A DNA stretch of 64,000 bases from Deltaproteobacteria bacterium. GTDB lineage: Bacteria > Desulfobacterota > GWC2-55-46. Positions 54,409 to 64,000 of the stretch are shown here, in pieces. Numbering within the stretch: position 1 is the stretch's first letter; the number at the start of each line of letters is the position of its first letter. The notes under the pieces were generated by a model. That model did not search any database and had not been told where the DNA came from. It was given only the letters and a program-made list of their open reading frames with translations. A program made the translations under genes and the position numbers. The stretch is from positions 10,586-74,585 of the forward strand of contig JACRCE010000011.1 of the NCBI GenBank assembly GCA_016213015.1, given 5' to 3'.

Positions 54409-55854
54409 CTATTGCCTCGCAAAATCATCGTCAAATCTGACGATATCGTCCTCCTCGACAATAGCGCCGTTCTGCACCTCGATTATCTCAAGCGGCTTAT
54501 CCACCGGGTTTTCCAACCTGTGCTTCACCCCGCGCGGTATGTATGTGCTCTGGTTGACGCCTATCTCCACCGTCTCTTCGCCGCGTTGCACCCGCGCCGT
54601 GCCTGAAATCACCACCCAGTGCTCGCTCCGATGTGCGTGCATCTGCAAACTCAGCCTTCTGCCGGGAAGCACGCAAATCTTCTTTATCTTGTATCCCTGG
54701 CCCTGTTCGAGGAGGGTATACGAACCCCAAGGACGATTGATTGTCCTATGATGCTCATATTCGGAATAGCCCTTCTTCTTCACCAACCCGACTATGTCCT
54801 TGACCTCCTGCGCCCTGTCCTTGGGGCATACAAGGGTCGCATCCGGCGTATCTACTATTATGAAATCCTCGAGGCCGATGGCCGCGACAAGCCGCTCGCA
54901 ACCGAAGATTATCGAGTTACGGCTCCCTATCTCAACGACCCTGCCCCTTATGACGTTGCCTCTCTCGTCGGATGGAAGTACGTCCGACATGGAGCGCCAA
55001 CTGCCGACGTCGGACCAGTCGAAGGCCGTTGGTATGACGACCATGTCTTTGGCCTTTTCAAGCACGCCGTGATCTATTGAAATGGCCTCCATGCCTTTAT
55101 AGGCGTCCTCTATGGGCGCTCCGCGCCTTAACGCATCAAGACCGGCCCTTATGCCGGGCAGGTGTTTTTCTATCTCAGCAAGGATGACGCTCGCCTTCCA
55201 CGCGAAGATACCGCTGTTCCAATAGTAGCCGCCGTCTTTCAGATATTGCTTGGCGCGCCTCATGTCCGGTTTTTCCACGAAGCTGTCGACTCGCATCACC
55301 TCAAACCCGTTGACCTTGTTCAGCGGCTTGCCGTGGGCCTTGATGTACCCGTAACCGGTCTCAGGCGACGTGGGCGCTATGCCGAGGGTTACGAGACGAT
55401 CGTCCTGAGCTACGCTTACGGCTGCTTTGAGCGTTTTAACAAAACTTTTTCCGTCGCCGATGATATGGTCGGCGGGCAGGACGGCCATTATCGCGTCAGG
55501 GTCTTTTTCCTGTATCCTGAAGGCCGCAAGGGCTATGGCAGGAGCCGTGTTCCTGCCGAACGGCTCGATGATGTAACCGGGAAGGGCGGCGATGCCGTCA
55601 TAAGCAAGGTGCGTCCTTATTATCTCGGCCTGAGCCGCGCTGGTAACTATATTGACGCACTCATGCGGCATGAGCGGTTCAAGCCGCCTTATGGTCGCCC
55701 TCAACAGGCTCTCATCCCCTGCGACCTTCAAGACCTGCTTAGGGGCGGTCTCCCTGGACAAAGGCCAGAAACGGCTGCCGATGCCTCCGGCAAGTATGGC
55801 CGCATAGAATCCGCCGGTTGTGCGCGTCCCTTTTCCCGTTGCCTTCTTTTTCAC
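54409..55854 (-). CDS. manC: mannose-1-phosphate guanylyltransferase / mannose-6-phosphate isomerase (cupin C-terminus)
   Basis: The ORF has AAILAGGIGSRFWPLSRETAPKQ and a C-terminal cupin. The start is reassigned to the GTG at 55854, which overlaps the rfbB TGA stop (GTGA). The track start at 55932 would overlap rfbB by 82 nt. Confidence 0.8.
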   Translation of the reverse strand: MKKKATGKGTRTTGGFYAAILAGGIGSRFWPLSRETAPKQVLKVAGDESLLRATIRRLEPLMPHECVNIVTSAAQAEIIRTHLAYDGIAALPGYIIEPFGRNTAPAIALAAFRIQEKDPDAIMAVLPADHIIGDGKSFVKTLKAAVSVAQDDRLVTLGIAPTSPETGYGYIKAHGKPLNKVNGFEVMRVDSFVEKPDMRRAKQYLKDGGYYWNSGIFAWKASVILAEIEKHLPGIRAGLDALRRGAPIEDAYKGMEAISIDHGVLEKAKDMVVIPTAFDWSDVGSWRSMSDVLPSDERGNVIRGRVVEIGSRNSIIFGCERLVAAIGLEDFIIVDTPDATLVCPKDRAQEVKDIVGLVKKKGYSEYEHHRTINRPWGSYTLLEQGQGYKIKKICVLPGRRLSLQMHAHRSEHWVVISGTARVQRGEETVEIGVNQSTYIPRGVKHRLENPVDKPLEIIEVQNGAIVEEDDIVRFDDDFARQ

Positions 55855-56954
55855 GACCTCTCCTTCAACCTTGCCCCGTAGTTGGACTCGTAAAAACGCA
55901 TATATTCGCCGGACAGTATTCTTTCCCACCATCGGCGATTGGCTATATACCAGTCAACCGTCCTTTGCAGACCGTCTTCAAAGGAATGGCGCGGACTCCA
56001 GCCAAGCTGGGCCTCTATCTTGGAGCAGTCTATCGCGTATCTTCTGTCGTGCCCGGGCCTGTCCTTGACAAAGGTGATGAGGCTCTCTCGCGGCTTATCG
56101 CAAGGATAGAGCGCGGCCAATCCCTTATCCTTGACCGCCTCGTCTATCATGGAGCAGACGCGCCTTACTATGTCGATGTTGGCTCTCTCGCTCCTCCCGC
56201 CGACGTTGTATGTCTCGCCAAGAGCGCCATGTTCAAGCGCAAGATAGAGCGCCTCGCAGTGATCCTCCACGTACAGCCAGTCCCTTACGTTCCGCCCGTC
56301 GCCGTAGACCGGAATAGGAGCGCCTTTCAATGCGTTTATTATTACAAGCGGCATGAGCTTTTCAGGAAACTGATACTGCCCGTAGTTGTTCGAGCAGTTG
56401 GTCGTTATCACGGGCAGGCCGTAAGTATGAAAGTAGGCGCGGACGAGATGATCCGACCCTGCCTTTGTCGCCGAGTACGGGGAGTTCGGGCTGTACGCGG
56501 TCTTCTCGGTAAAATAACCTTCATCTCCGAGAGAGCCGTATACCTCGTCGGTGGAGACGTGCAAAAACCTTGCGCCATGCGCCTTCAACGCGCCGTCTGA
56601 GAGCCAATGCCTCTTTGCTGTCTCAAGGAGCGTAAACGTGCCTAATACGTTCGTCTCTATGAACGCCTTAGGGCCGGTTATCGAACGGTCTACGTGCGAC
56701 TCGGCGGCAAGATGCGCCACCGCGTCGATCGCCTCCTTGGCAAAGATAGATTCGACAAGAGGCGCATCGGTTATATCTCCCTTGACAAAGTTGAAACCGG
56801 TCTCCTTTTCAACTGCCTTGAGGTTTTCAATGTTCCCGGCATAAGTGAGTTTGTCGAGAACCGTAACGCGCGCGTCCGGTCTTTTCGAGCGCAGATAAGC
56901 AACGAAGTTGGCGCCTATGAAACCGGCCCCTCCTGTAACGAGGATGCTACGCAT
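55851..56954 (-). CDS. rfbB: dTDP-glucose 4,6-dehydratase
   Basis: The ORF has MRSILVTGGAGFIGANFV and the YSATKAGSDHL catalytic triad region. Confidence 0.9.
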   Translation of the reverse strand: MRSILVTGGAGFIGANFVAYLRSKRPDARVTVLDKLTYAGNIENLKAVEKETGFNFVKGDITDAPLVESIFAKEAIDAVAHLAAESHVDRSITGPKAFIETNVLGTFTLLETAKRHWLSDGALKAHGARFLHVSTDEVYGSLGDEGYFTEKTAYSPNSPYSATKAGSDHLVRAYFHTYGLPVITTNCSNNYGQYQFPEKLMPLVIINALKGAPIPVYGDGRNVRDWLYVEDHCEALYLALEHGALGETYNVGGRSERANIDIVRRVCSMIDEAVKDKGLAALYPCDKPRESLITFVKDRPGHDRRYAIDCSKIEAQLGWSPRHSFEDGLQRTVDWYIANRRWWERILSGEYMRFYESNYGARLKERS

Positions 56955-57837
56955 AGCTTTTACCGTAAAGCGCGGACATGGTGTTTTTAAGCGCCGCCGC
57001 CCAATGAGGTATGACGAGGCCGCACGCCTTTTTTATCTTTGTCTTGTCAAGAACCGAATAGGCCGGTCTTCTCGCGCTCGTCGGATAGTCCTTGCTCAAT
57101 ATAGGCTCTATGGAGCGGCACTTCAAAGACAAGCCGTGCAAACGCGCCTCATTGAGTATAGCCACGGCAAAGTCATACCAGCTTGCCACGCCTTCGTTCG
57201 AGAAATGATACACACCGCTCTTCGCGGTCCCGTCAAAGCGCCTCTGCAGGAGAGCGATGACGGCGTCCGAAAGGTCTGTTGTGCTCGTCGGCGCTCCGAC
57301 CTGATCATACACTACGTTGAGCCTCTCGCGCTCCGAGGCCAGTCTGATTATCGTCTTCACGAAGTTGGCGCCTGATGCGCCGTAGAGCCATGACGCGCGG
57401 ATTATCGCATATTCGCTCATGCGCCTTGCGATCTCAATCTCTCCGGCGAGCTTTGATTCACCGTACACGTTCAAAGCGGCAGTTTGGTCGTCTTCGTTGT
57501 ATGGCGAGGATTTTTTCCCGTCGAACACGAAGTCGGTGGATATGTGTATGAGTTGCGCGCCATGTCCTTGAGCAGTCCTCGCAAGGAGCGCCGGGCCGTC
57601 CCTGTTGACTGAAAACGCCTTGTCTCTTTCCTTTTCCGCAAGGTCTACCTTGGTGTACGCGGCGCAGTTGATTATAGCGTCCGGCTTTAACGAGCCGACA
57701 ACCCTCGCAATCGCCCTTGCGTCGGTTATGTCCAGCGCCTCCCTGTCAAAGGGGATTACAATTGCGCCGGACTTGTCAAGACGCAACAAGAGGTCTGTCC
57801 CAAGTTGTCCGTTAGCTCCCGTTATTAGTATCTTCAC
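56947..57837 (-). CDS. rfbD: dTDP-4-dehydrorhamnose reductase
   Basis: The ORF begins MKILITGANGQLG and has an SDR fold. Confidence 0.85.
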   Translation of the reverse strand: MKILITGANGQLGTDLLLRLDKSGAIVIPFDREALDITDARAIARVVGSLKPDAIINCAAYTKVDLAEKERDKAFSVNRDGPALLARTAQGHGAQLIHISTDFVFDGKKSSPYNEDDQTAALNVYGESKLAGEIEIARRMSEYAIIRASWLYGASGANFVKTIIRLASERERLNVVYDQVGAPTSTTDLSDAVIALLQRRFDGTAKSGVYHFSNEGVASWYDFAVAILNEARLHGLSLKCRSIEPILSKDYPTSARRPAYSVLDKTKIKKACGLVIPHWAAALKNTMSALYGKSYA

Positions 57838-57852
57838 GGCAGGAAATCCATT

Positions 57853-58332
57853 TTAATCGAGCTTGTACGGCGATGCAGCGTCTTCTTCGTGGCGAATCTC
57901 GTCAACCGCCTCGCATCGATCCTTGCCCTTGAACAGCCTGTTCGGGCAGTTTATGACGACGCCGTCGTTGTTGCCTACGTTCTTGTATGCGTGGACTATG
58001 CCCTTTGGAACGATGACGATACTCGGTGAGGATTCACCGGCGATGAAGACCATCTTATGGTTGCGCGTCAAGGACGACCCTCTATTGTCCCAAAGATATA
58101 CCTTGAAGTCCGAAGGGCCGATGAAACAGAAGTAATCGGCCTGTTCAACATGCTCATGCGGGCCGCGCGCAACGCCGGGTCTTGTGAGGGAAACATAAGT
58201 CATGACCGGCAGATATTCGCCCTCAAGCTCGTCCGAGCGGAAAAGTTCCATGAGCCAGCCGCGCCCGTCCGAGTATCTCTTGAGCGGCCTTATGAGCACG
58301 TCCTTTATGTCCGCGTCAATGAAGGTGGTCAT
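57853..58332 (-). CDS. rfbC: dTDP-4-dehydrorhamnose 3,5-epimerase (short cupin-type RmlC)
   Basis: The 159-aa ORF has an RmlC-like cupin fold. Its position between rfbA and rfbD supports the call. Confidence 0.7.
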   Translation of the reverse strand: MTTFIDADIKDVLIRPLKRYSDGRGWLMELFRSDELEGEYLPVMTYVSLTRPGVARGPHEHVEQADYFCFIGPSDFKVYLWDNRGSSLTRNHKMVFIAGESSPSIVIVPKGIVHAYKNVGNNDGVVINCPNRLFKGKDRCEAVDEIRHEEDAASPYKLD

Positions 58333-58333
58333 G

Positions 58334-59419
58334 TCAAACCTCTACCACGGAATCATCGCCTATCATGAGCCTTAAAGCCTCGTGCTTATGAAGGCATTTT
58401 ACGACCTTCGCGTTCCTGCCGATGAGGCTGTCCTCAAGCCGGGAGATGCCGGTTATCTCGGCTCCGGCCAGAATGACCGAATGTTCGATAATCGACCGGC
58501 GTATGACCGCGCCCGGGCCCACGCTCGTAAAAGGCCCTATAAAACTGTCCTCAACGACGGCCCCGTTGCCGACGACTATGGGGCCGCGAAGCGTGCTGTT
58601 TTTTATCATTGCGCCGTCCTCCACGGTAACGCGCCCGGTTATGGTCGAAGAGTCGTCTATTGCGCCCGACAGAGAACGCTTGAACCACTCGTCGAGCACC
58701 ACCGTGTTGGCCGCAAGCAGGTCGTCTTTTTTTCCGGTATCGAGCCACCATGTGTCGAGGATGAAGCTCTTCACCGGCCTTTTCATCTCGATGAGCCGTT
58801 GCACCGCGTCGGTAATCTCAAGTTCGCCTCTGTTGGAAGGCCGTATCTTGTCGATGGCCTTATGTATGGCCTTTGAGAATATGTAAACACCGACAAGCGC
58901 AAGGTTGCTCCTTGGCTCAACCGGCTTTTCCTCAAGCCCGAGTATCTTACCCGCCTCGTCCACCTCAGCCACGCCGAAGGCCGACGGATTATCTACCGGT
59001 TTTAAGAGTATCATGGCGTCGACCCGGGAGGAGCGAAACGTCTTGACGAAATCGCTGATGCGGCAGCCGATGAGGTTGTCCCCAAGGTACATGACGAACG
59101 GAGAATTACCGAGAAAACGCCGTCCCGTGAGCACCGCATGGGCAAGTCCCTTTGGCTCGGCCTGAAGGATATAGGTGATATTCAGCCCCCAAAAAGAGCC
59201 GTCTCCCATCACGGCCTTTATCTCCTCGCCGGTCTCCGGGGAGATGATGACGCCGACCTCTTTTATGTCCGCGTCGGCTATGTTGTCGAAGACGTAGGAA
59301 AGTATGGGCCTATTAGCTATCGGCACAAGCTGCTTTGCGCCCGTGTAGGTCAGGGGCCTTAGCCTCGTGCCCTTGCCGCCCGCAAGCACCAGCGCCTTCA
59401 TGTCAATGGTCTTTGTCAT
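58334..59419 (-). CDS. rfbA: glucose-1-phosphate thymidylyltransferase (long form with C-terminal LbH)
   Basis: The ORF has MKALVLAGGKGTRLRPLTYTGAKQL. Confidence 0.85.
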   Translation of the reverse strand: MTKTIDMKALVLAGGKGTRLRPLTYTGAKQLVPIANRPILSYVFDNIADADIKEVGVIISPETGEEIKAVMGDGSFWGLNITYILQAEPKGLAHAVLTGRRFLGNSPFVMYLGDNLIGCRISDFVKTFRSSRVDAMILLKPVDNPSAFGVAEVDEAGKILGLEEKPVEPRSNLALVGVYIFSKAIHKAIDKIRPSNRGELEITDAVQRLIEMKRPVKSFILDTWWLDTGKKDDLLAANTVVLDEWFKRSLSGAIDDSSTITGRVTVEDGAMIKNSTLRGPIVVGNGAVVEDSFIGPFTSVGPGAVIRRSIIEHSVILAGAEITGISRLEDSLIGRNAKVVKCLHKHEALRLMIGDDSVVEV

Positions 59420-59427
59420 GTATTGCC

Positions 59428-60876
59428 TTATATCCCCGCCGAAAGCCCCGATTCAACCGCCTCAAGCCGTCCCTTCATAAACGCCTTTGCCCCGTCGAGA
59501 AGCGATAAATCCGTTGCCTCGAACCTGAGCACCAGCACGGGCTGCGTGTTAGACGCCCTCACCAGCGCCCATCCGCCGTCGAAGTTTATCCTCAGCCCGT
59601 CTATCCTTATTACGTCCTTCACCCGTATGCCGCTGTCGCCGGCGCCGATGGCCTTGTCAAGCCTTTCGATTACCTCGAACTTTTTGTCGTCGGCGCAATC
59701 GATGCGTATCTCCGGCGTAACGATCGTCTCGGGCATACCGGCAAGGAGGCTGGAAAACACGAAGGCAGGATTCTTTACGCGCATATCAGCCATTATCTCT
59801 ACCAGCCTGCACGAGGCGTATATCGCGTCGTCAAAACCGAAGTACCTGTCCGCGAAGAATATATGGCCGCTCATCTCGCCGGCCATGGCGGCCTTCAACT
59901 CCTTCATCCTCGCCTTTATGAGTGAGTGTCCGGTCTTCCACATGACGGGAACGCCTCCGGCCTTTGCTATCTCGTCGTACATGGTCTGCGAGCACTTGAC
60001 CTCTCCGACTATGGTCGAGCCGGGTTTTACCGCGAGTATCGCCTTCGAGAAGATAACCATGAGCCTGTCTCCCCAGACCACGGCCCCCTTTTCGTCAACC
60101 ACCCCGATCCTGTCCGCGTCCCCGTCATAAGATACTCCGAAGTCGGCCTTCTCGCGCCCAACCGCCTCCATGAGATGCTTTAGGTTGGCCTCTACCGTGG
60201 GGTCGGGATGATGATTAGGGAAACGTCCGTCAGGCTCGGAAAAAAGCTCTATCACCTCGCAGCCAAGTCTCCTTAAAAGCGCGGGGGCAACAGGCCCTGC
60301 CGTGCCGTTGCCGGAATCAAGCACTACCTTAATAGGCTTATTAAGAGTCGGCAGGTTGAAAAGAGAGGCCGCATGAGCGACGTAACGCTCCACTATGTCA
60401 ACGGCCTCCACGCTTCCATGCTTCACGGCCTCAAGCGGCTTGCCGACGACCTCGGCGCGTATTATCCTTTTCAACTCCTGAATCTCGCCGCCGTGTATGG
60501 TCTCACATCCGACGCTGACCTTGAACCCGTTGTACTCAGGCGGGTTGTGGCTTCCGGTTATCATCACGCCGCCGTTGATGTCGTCAATAACGCGCATGGA
60601 AAAATACTGGAGGGGCGTGGGGCAGACGCCTATGTCAACGCAGTCAACACCGCTTGTGGTAAGCGCGTTGATGAGCGCGTCACGCAAAGCCGCCCCGCTT
60701 AATCTCACGTCCCTGCCCACGGTTATCTTCAATCGGCCCTTCTTGAACGCGCCGCGCCTCTTGGCATACAGGGCATAACCCCGGCCTATCAAGGCGGCCG
60801 TCTCCGGCGTAAGGTCCTTGCCGAATATGCCCCTTATGTCATACTCCCTGAAGATAGCATCCGATAGTCCCGCCAT
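59428..60876 (-). CDS. phosphomannomutase / phosphoglucomutase
   Basis: The ATG at 60876 is preceded by AGGAAGGGA. The product MAGLSDAIFREYDIRGIFG ... contains the TGSHNPPEYNGFK active-site loop. Confidence 0.85.
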   Translation of the reverse strand: MAGLSDAIFREYDIRGIFGKDLTPETAALIGRGYALYAKRRGAFKKGRLKITVGRDVRLSGAALRDALINALTTSGVDCVDIGVCPTPLQYFSMRVIDDINGGVMITGSHNPPEYNGFKVSVGCETIHGGEIQELKRIIRAEVVGKPLEAVKHGSVEAVDIVERYVAHAASLFNLPTLNKPIKVVLDSGNGTAGPVAPALLRRLGCEVIELFSEPDGRFPNHHPDPTVEANLKHLMEAVGREKADFGVSYDGDADRIGVVDEKGAVVWGDRLMVIFSKAILAVKPGSTIVGEVKCSQTMYDEIAKAGGVPVMWKTGHSLIKARMKELKAAMAGEMSGHIFFADRYFGFDDAIYASCRLVEIMADMRVKNPAFVFSSLLAGMPETIVTPEIRIDCADDKKFEVIERLDKAIGAGDSGIRVKDVIRIDGLRINFDGGWALVRASNTQPVLVLRFEATDLSLLDGAKAFMKGRLEAVESGLSAGI

Positions 60877-60877
60877 T

Positions 60878-61378
60878 CTATAGTCCCTTCCTGGCCAATC
60901 GTTTTTCTTTTCTGAGCGCCTTGAAAAAACCCTTGAGAAGGCTTGTTGCCTCGTGTTCCATGACCCTTGACGTAACACGCACCCTGTGGTTGAGCCTTGA
61001 GTCGTTTGATAGATCGTAAAGCGTCCCGCATGCCCCGGCCTTCGGGTCAAAGGCCGCGAAGACCAGTCTTGGGACGCGGGCCTGAATGATAGCGCCCATG
61101 CACATGAGACAGGGTTCCAGCGTAACGTAGAGCGTCGTAGCCTCAAGACGCCATGACTTCAATTGCTTGGACGCGCGCCTTAGAACGATCATCTCGGCGT
61201 GCGCAAGAGGGTCTTGACCCGACTCACGGAGGTTATGAGCGGCGCAGATGACCTCCTGATCTCTGACCATGACCGCGCCGATGGGAACCTCGCCTTTGTT
61301 CGCGGCCTTTTGAGCCTCTTTTATCGCCTTTGCCATGAAAAAGGCGTCCACGTCCTCGTGTATTTGCATTGATTTCAA
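60878..61378 (-). CDS. tadA: tRNA-specific adenosine deaminase
   Basis: The ORF has the CDA-fold zinc motifs HAEM and PCLMC. Confidence 0.85.
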   Translation of the reverse strand: MKSMQIHEDVDAFFMAKAIKEAQKAANKGEVPIGAVMVRDQEVICAAHNLRESGQDPLAHAEMIVLRRASKQLKSWRLEATTLYVTLEPCLMCMGAIIQARVPRLVFAAFDPKAGACGTLYDLSNDSRLNHRVRVTSRVMEHEATSLLKGFFKALRKEKRLARKGL

Positions 61379-61504
61379 GAGAAAAACAACTGGTCAACCG
61401 GCAGTATAATATCCCTTAAATCGCCGGTTTTTGCAAATATTTTCTGTACTCTGTACTATCGTCCCCAGAGCTTCCAGCTTTGGAACGAGGGACCTGCGAG
61501 TCGC

Positions 61505-64000
61505 TCACCACTCCACCCACGCCGAATGAGCCGGATAATACAACCCTTTGCGTATCTCCCTTGTTTCACCAAGCGCCTTGAGCGCAACGGCGTAGCGCTC
61601 CAATTGCGGGGCGTATCTTTCCTTCTCGTTTTTTATGAACTCATCGAGTCCGCCGCCTTCGTGGGCGCCGGTCTTGTAGTCAATAATCCATCTTACGCCA
61701 TCTGCGACAAACGTCCTGTCAATCACGGATTTGACAAGGCGATTGTCAATGACGGACGTTATCGGCCATTCAGCGGCGCTCTCGGGGTGAGACTCAAGTA
61801 TCCAGCGTCCCCGCGCATCCTTCAATGTCCTTGCAATGGCCGCGATGCAGTCATCGGCAGAGGCCGAGGCGTCCGCCGCGTTAAGACCAAGGGACTTCAG
61901 ATGCGCCAGCGCCCTGTTTTTTCCCGCCTTGACGCGGGCATCATCCCATTTGTCAGAGCCTTCCCTTGAAATAACGGCAAGGCAGCGATGCACCACGCTT
62001 CCGACATGCCGTATCCTCGCCCCGGCCCAATCGTACACCGGTTCAAGGTCATTGCTCTCGACATCCGGCGCTGTCACTGATGCAACCGCAGGCACAGCCA
62101 AAGGAAGCGTAAACGGACATGGAAGCCTTCTCAACAAAGGTTGAACGGCCCGCGCCTCTTGCGTTGTTTCGGAAGGCCCTGTCGCCTCCGGCTCAGGCAG
62201 CAGATCGCGTATCAAGGCGAAAAAAGATTTTTTGTCAATCTTGCTCTCAACGCCTTCCTCCCTCAAATTAATGCCGACATGGCCGAAAAGAAACAGCCGC
62301 TTTCTTGCCCGCGTGCAGGCCACGTAGAAAAGCCGCGCTTGTTCAAGATCGGCCTTTGTGTTTTGCATACGACGGAGGTAGTCATATACGCCGCTTGACT
62401 CGGATGCGTCCTTTTTCTCCATCGGCGCAAGCAAAAGAGCGTCCTCCCTTTCCAACCACAAGAGGAGCTTTTTCCCTTCCGGCCGAGGCCGCCTGCCGAG
62501 GCCCGGCAGTATGACGTTGTCGAATTCAAGCCCCTTTGCCTTGTGTATGGTCATAATGTCAATGTGTGCATCAGGCGCGGCATGAGCGGCATAGAGCGCC
62601 TTCAACCTTGCCTCAACGTCCTTGGTGGCGTCAAGGCCCCCTGCCGTTGACACTGATTCTATAACCCTGAAGAACGCCTCGGCATCCTTCATTCCGGCAT
62701 CGGTACGCGCCGTTGCCGGGCCGCCGAGTTCTATCCACAGCCCCTCCACAAGCCCTCTGAAGCCGACCCTTCCGACAAGGCTCAACGCCTTTGACAGAAA
62801 CTCGCGGATATGAAGGGCGCGGTCGCGACCGTCATCAGAGAGGCCGCGCAGACGCTCATCGTCATTGAGAAGCGACGATACCGCGCTTTTCGACGCCCCC
62901 GCGCAAAGGCGCAAAAGGTCGTCGAGTTTCATGCCGCAAAGCGGAGAGCGAAGAACGGCAAGCCAAGCTATCCTGTCATAAGGATGCGAGAGCGCCCTTG
63001 CAAGCGCATACAAATCCTGCACTACCGGGGTATGCCGGAGCTGGTCGAAATCCTGCGCCCTGAACGGGACGCCTCCTTTTTTCAACGCGGACACGATACC
63101 GGCCGCATGGGAGCGCGACCTGCATAGCACGGCAACGCTCTCATCTTTAGGGATGCTCTCTATCAAGGACACAATCCTGTCCGCCTCGGTTGCGTCTGTC
63201 CGTCCGGCAAAGGACGCAATCTCCGGCGGAGAGCCGCCGGGAATCACGGCGCTTGACTTAGAATATCGTATCGCGCCGACTACTGCGTCGTCCTTTGAAG
63301 GCATGGCCCGGCCAAAGGCGTCGTTAACCCAATCCACAATGCCTGCATCGCTCCTGAAGTTGCTCCTGAGGTCGATGGGGATAAGATTGACGTTGCCGAT
63401 GCCATTGCGCTTCGCGTCGAGAAAAAGCCCCACGTCCGAGTCCCTGAAAAGGAATATGGACTGCATCGGGTCTCCAACGACAAACAGGGTTCTGCCGTCG
63501 CCCCTCTCCCATCCACGGACAAGGGACGCGAGGAGCGCAAGCTGCGCGTAAGAGGTGTCCTGATATTCATCAACGAGTATGTGGCGGATACTCCAATCCA
63601 GCGAAAGCATCAGATCGGTCGGCGCATCGTCCGGCCCGAGCGCCTCCACGGCTGAAAGCGCGACCGACTGAAAGTCCACCTCGCGCCTTTCCATAAACAC
63701 CTCCTCAAGGCGCTTGACCGCGGATGGAAGCAGATGAATAAGCGCCGACAGGGTGCGCCACTCCTCGTCCGTATATGCCGGAGCAGGGAGTTGCTTCAAA
63801 GCGGCCAGCCTTCCAAGAAGGCCGTCCTGCTCGGAGAGCGCGGCAACGAGTTCAAGGAAGTCCGTCTTTCTCTCCTTGCCTGCCTTGTCGGCTGGAAAGC
63901 CGTTTCTCTTATCCACTTTAATGCGCCATTTGTCATCATCGGTCAAAAGGAGCTTCCTTATGGCCTGCCAGCGTCCGAAATCATCGGCGCTTGCCGACGG
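61505..64000 (-). CDS. UvrD-family helicase / PD-(D/E)xK nuclease (AddA/RecB-like); C-terminal ~830 aa are in the window and the N-terminus runs past the window end
   Basis: Helicase motifs ILVDEYQDTS and VVGDPMQSIYLFR are present, and the C-terminal RecB-type nuclease motif is RWIIDYKTG. The reading frame remains open to position 64000, so the Walker-A N-terminal domain lies outside the window. Confidence 0.75.
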   Translation of the reverse strand, partial: PSASADDFGRWQAIRKLLLTDDDKWRIKVDKRNGFPADKAGKERKTDFLELVAALSEQDGLLGRLAALKQLPAPAYTDEEWRTLSALIHLLPSAVKRLEEVFMERREVDFQSVALSAVEALGPDDAPTDLMLSLDWSIRHILVDEYQDTSYAQLALLASLVRGWERGDGRTLFVVGDPMQSIFLFRDSDVGLFLDAKRNGIGNVNLIPIDLRSNFRSDAGIVDWVNDAFGRAMPSKDDAVVGAIRYSKSSAVIPGGSPPEIASFAGRTDATEADRIVSLIESIPKDESVAVLCRSRSHAAGIVSALKKGGVPFRAQDFDQLRHTPVVQDLYALARALSHPYDRIAWLAVLRSPLCGMKLDDLLRLCAGASKSAVSSLLNDDERLRGLSDDGRDRALHIREFLSKALSLVGRVGFRGLVEGLWIELGGPATARTDAGMKDAEAFFRVIESVSTAGGLDATKDVEARLKALYAAHAAPDAHIDIMTIHKAKGLEFDNVILPGLGRRPRPEGKKLLLWLEREDALLLAPMEKKDASESSGVYDYLRRMQNTKADLEQARLFYVACTRARKRLFLFGHVGINLREEGVESKIDKKSFFALIRDLLPEPEATGPSETTQEARAVQPLLRRLPCPFTLPLAVPAVASVTAPDVESNDLEPVYDWAGARIRHVGSVVHRCLAVISREGSDKWDDARVKAGKNRALAHLKSLGLNAADASASADDCIAAIARTLKDARGRWILESHPESAAEWPITSVIDNRLVKSVIDRTFVADGVRWIIDYKTGAHEGGGLDEFIKNEKERYAPQLERYAVALKALGETREIRKGLYYPAHSAWVEW

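Overview
This is a 64-kb, roughly 60 % GC chromosomal segment from an anaerobic Gram-negative bacterium. The gene set (selenoproteins, a group-3-type [NiFe] hydrogenase, PEP-CTERM proteins, a split atp operon) suggests a Desulfobacterota/Nitrospirota-like genome. It is gene-dense and mostly housekeeping. It carries an N-terminal fragment of nadK, a Zn-ADH/DhnA-aldolase pair, folK, dapL, an argB-D-F-G cluster, purH-purD-purE-tsaC, a chemoreceptor, osmC, selB-selD, rnc, coaBC, atpZ-atpI-atpB, glyQ, secG, an rfbABCD/manC/PMM sugar-nucleotide cluster, tadA, and a partial AddA/RecB-like helicase-nuclease at the right edge. It also contains tRNA-Glu(CTC) and tRNA-Leu(GAG). The most unusual content is non-coding: at least five families of small repeats. 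The clearest is a 139-bp MITE (family A) with 17-bp terminal inverted repeats (TIRs) and 4-bp target duplications (TTAG, TTAA or ATAG), present in four full copies plus one internal-deletion remnant. Three A copies are nested inside a second element family (B) with ~24-bp TIRs. In four cases a B terminus supplies or abuts a host gene's stop codon, and one nested B+A pair fills the spacer between the hydrogenase small- and large-subunit genes. Other points of interest are a selD with an in-frame UGA (Sec) codon and a non-ATG start; a low-GC GmrSD-like (DUF262/DUF1524) gene bracketed with the hydrogenase and a GGDEF gene by direct palindromic repeats; sigma54-type promoters in front of both PEP-CTERM genes; and a PilZ / ASKHA / nucleotidyltransferase / small-ORF cluster translationally coupled to purH.
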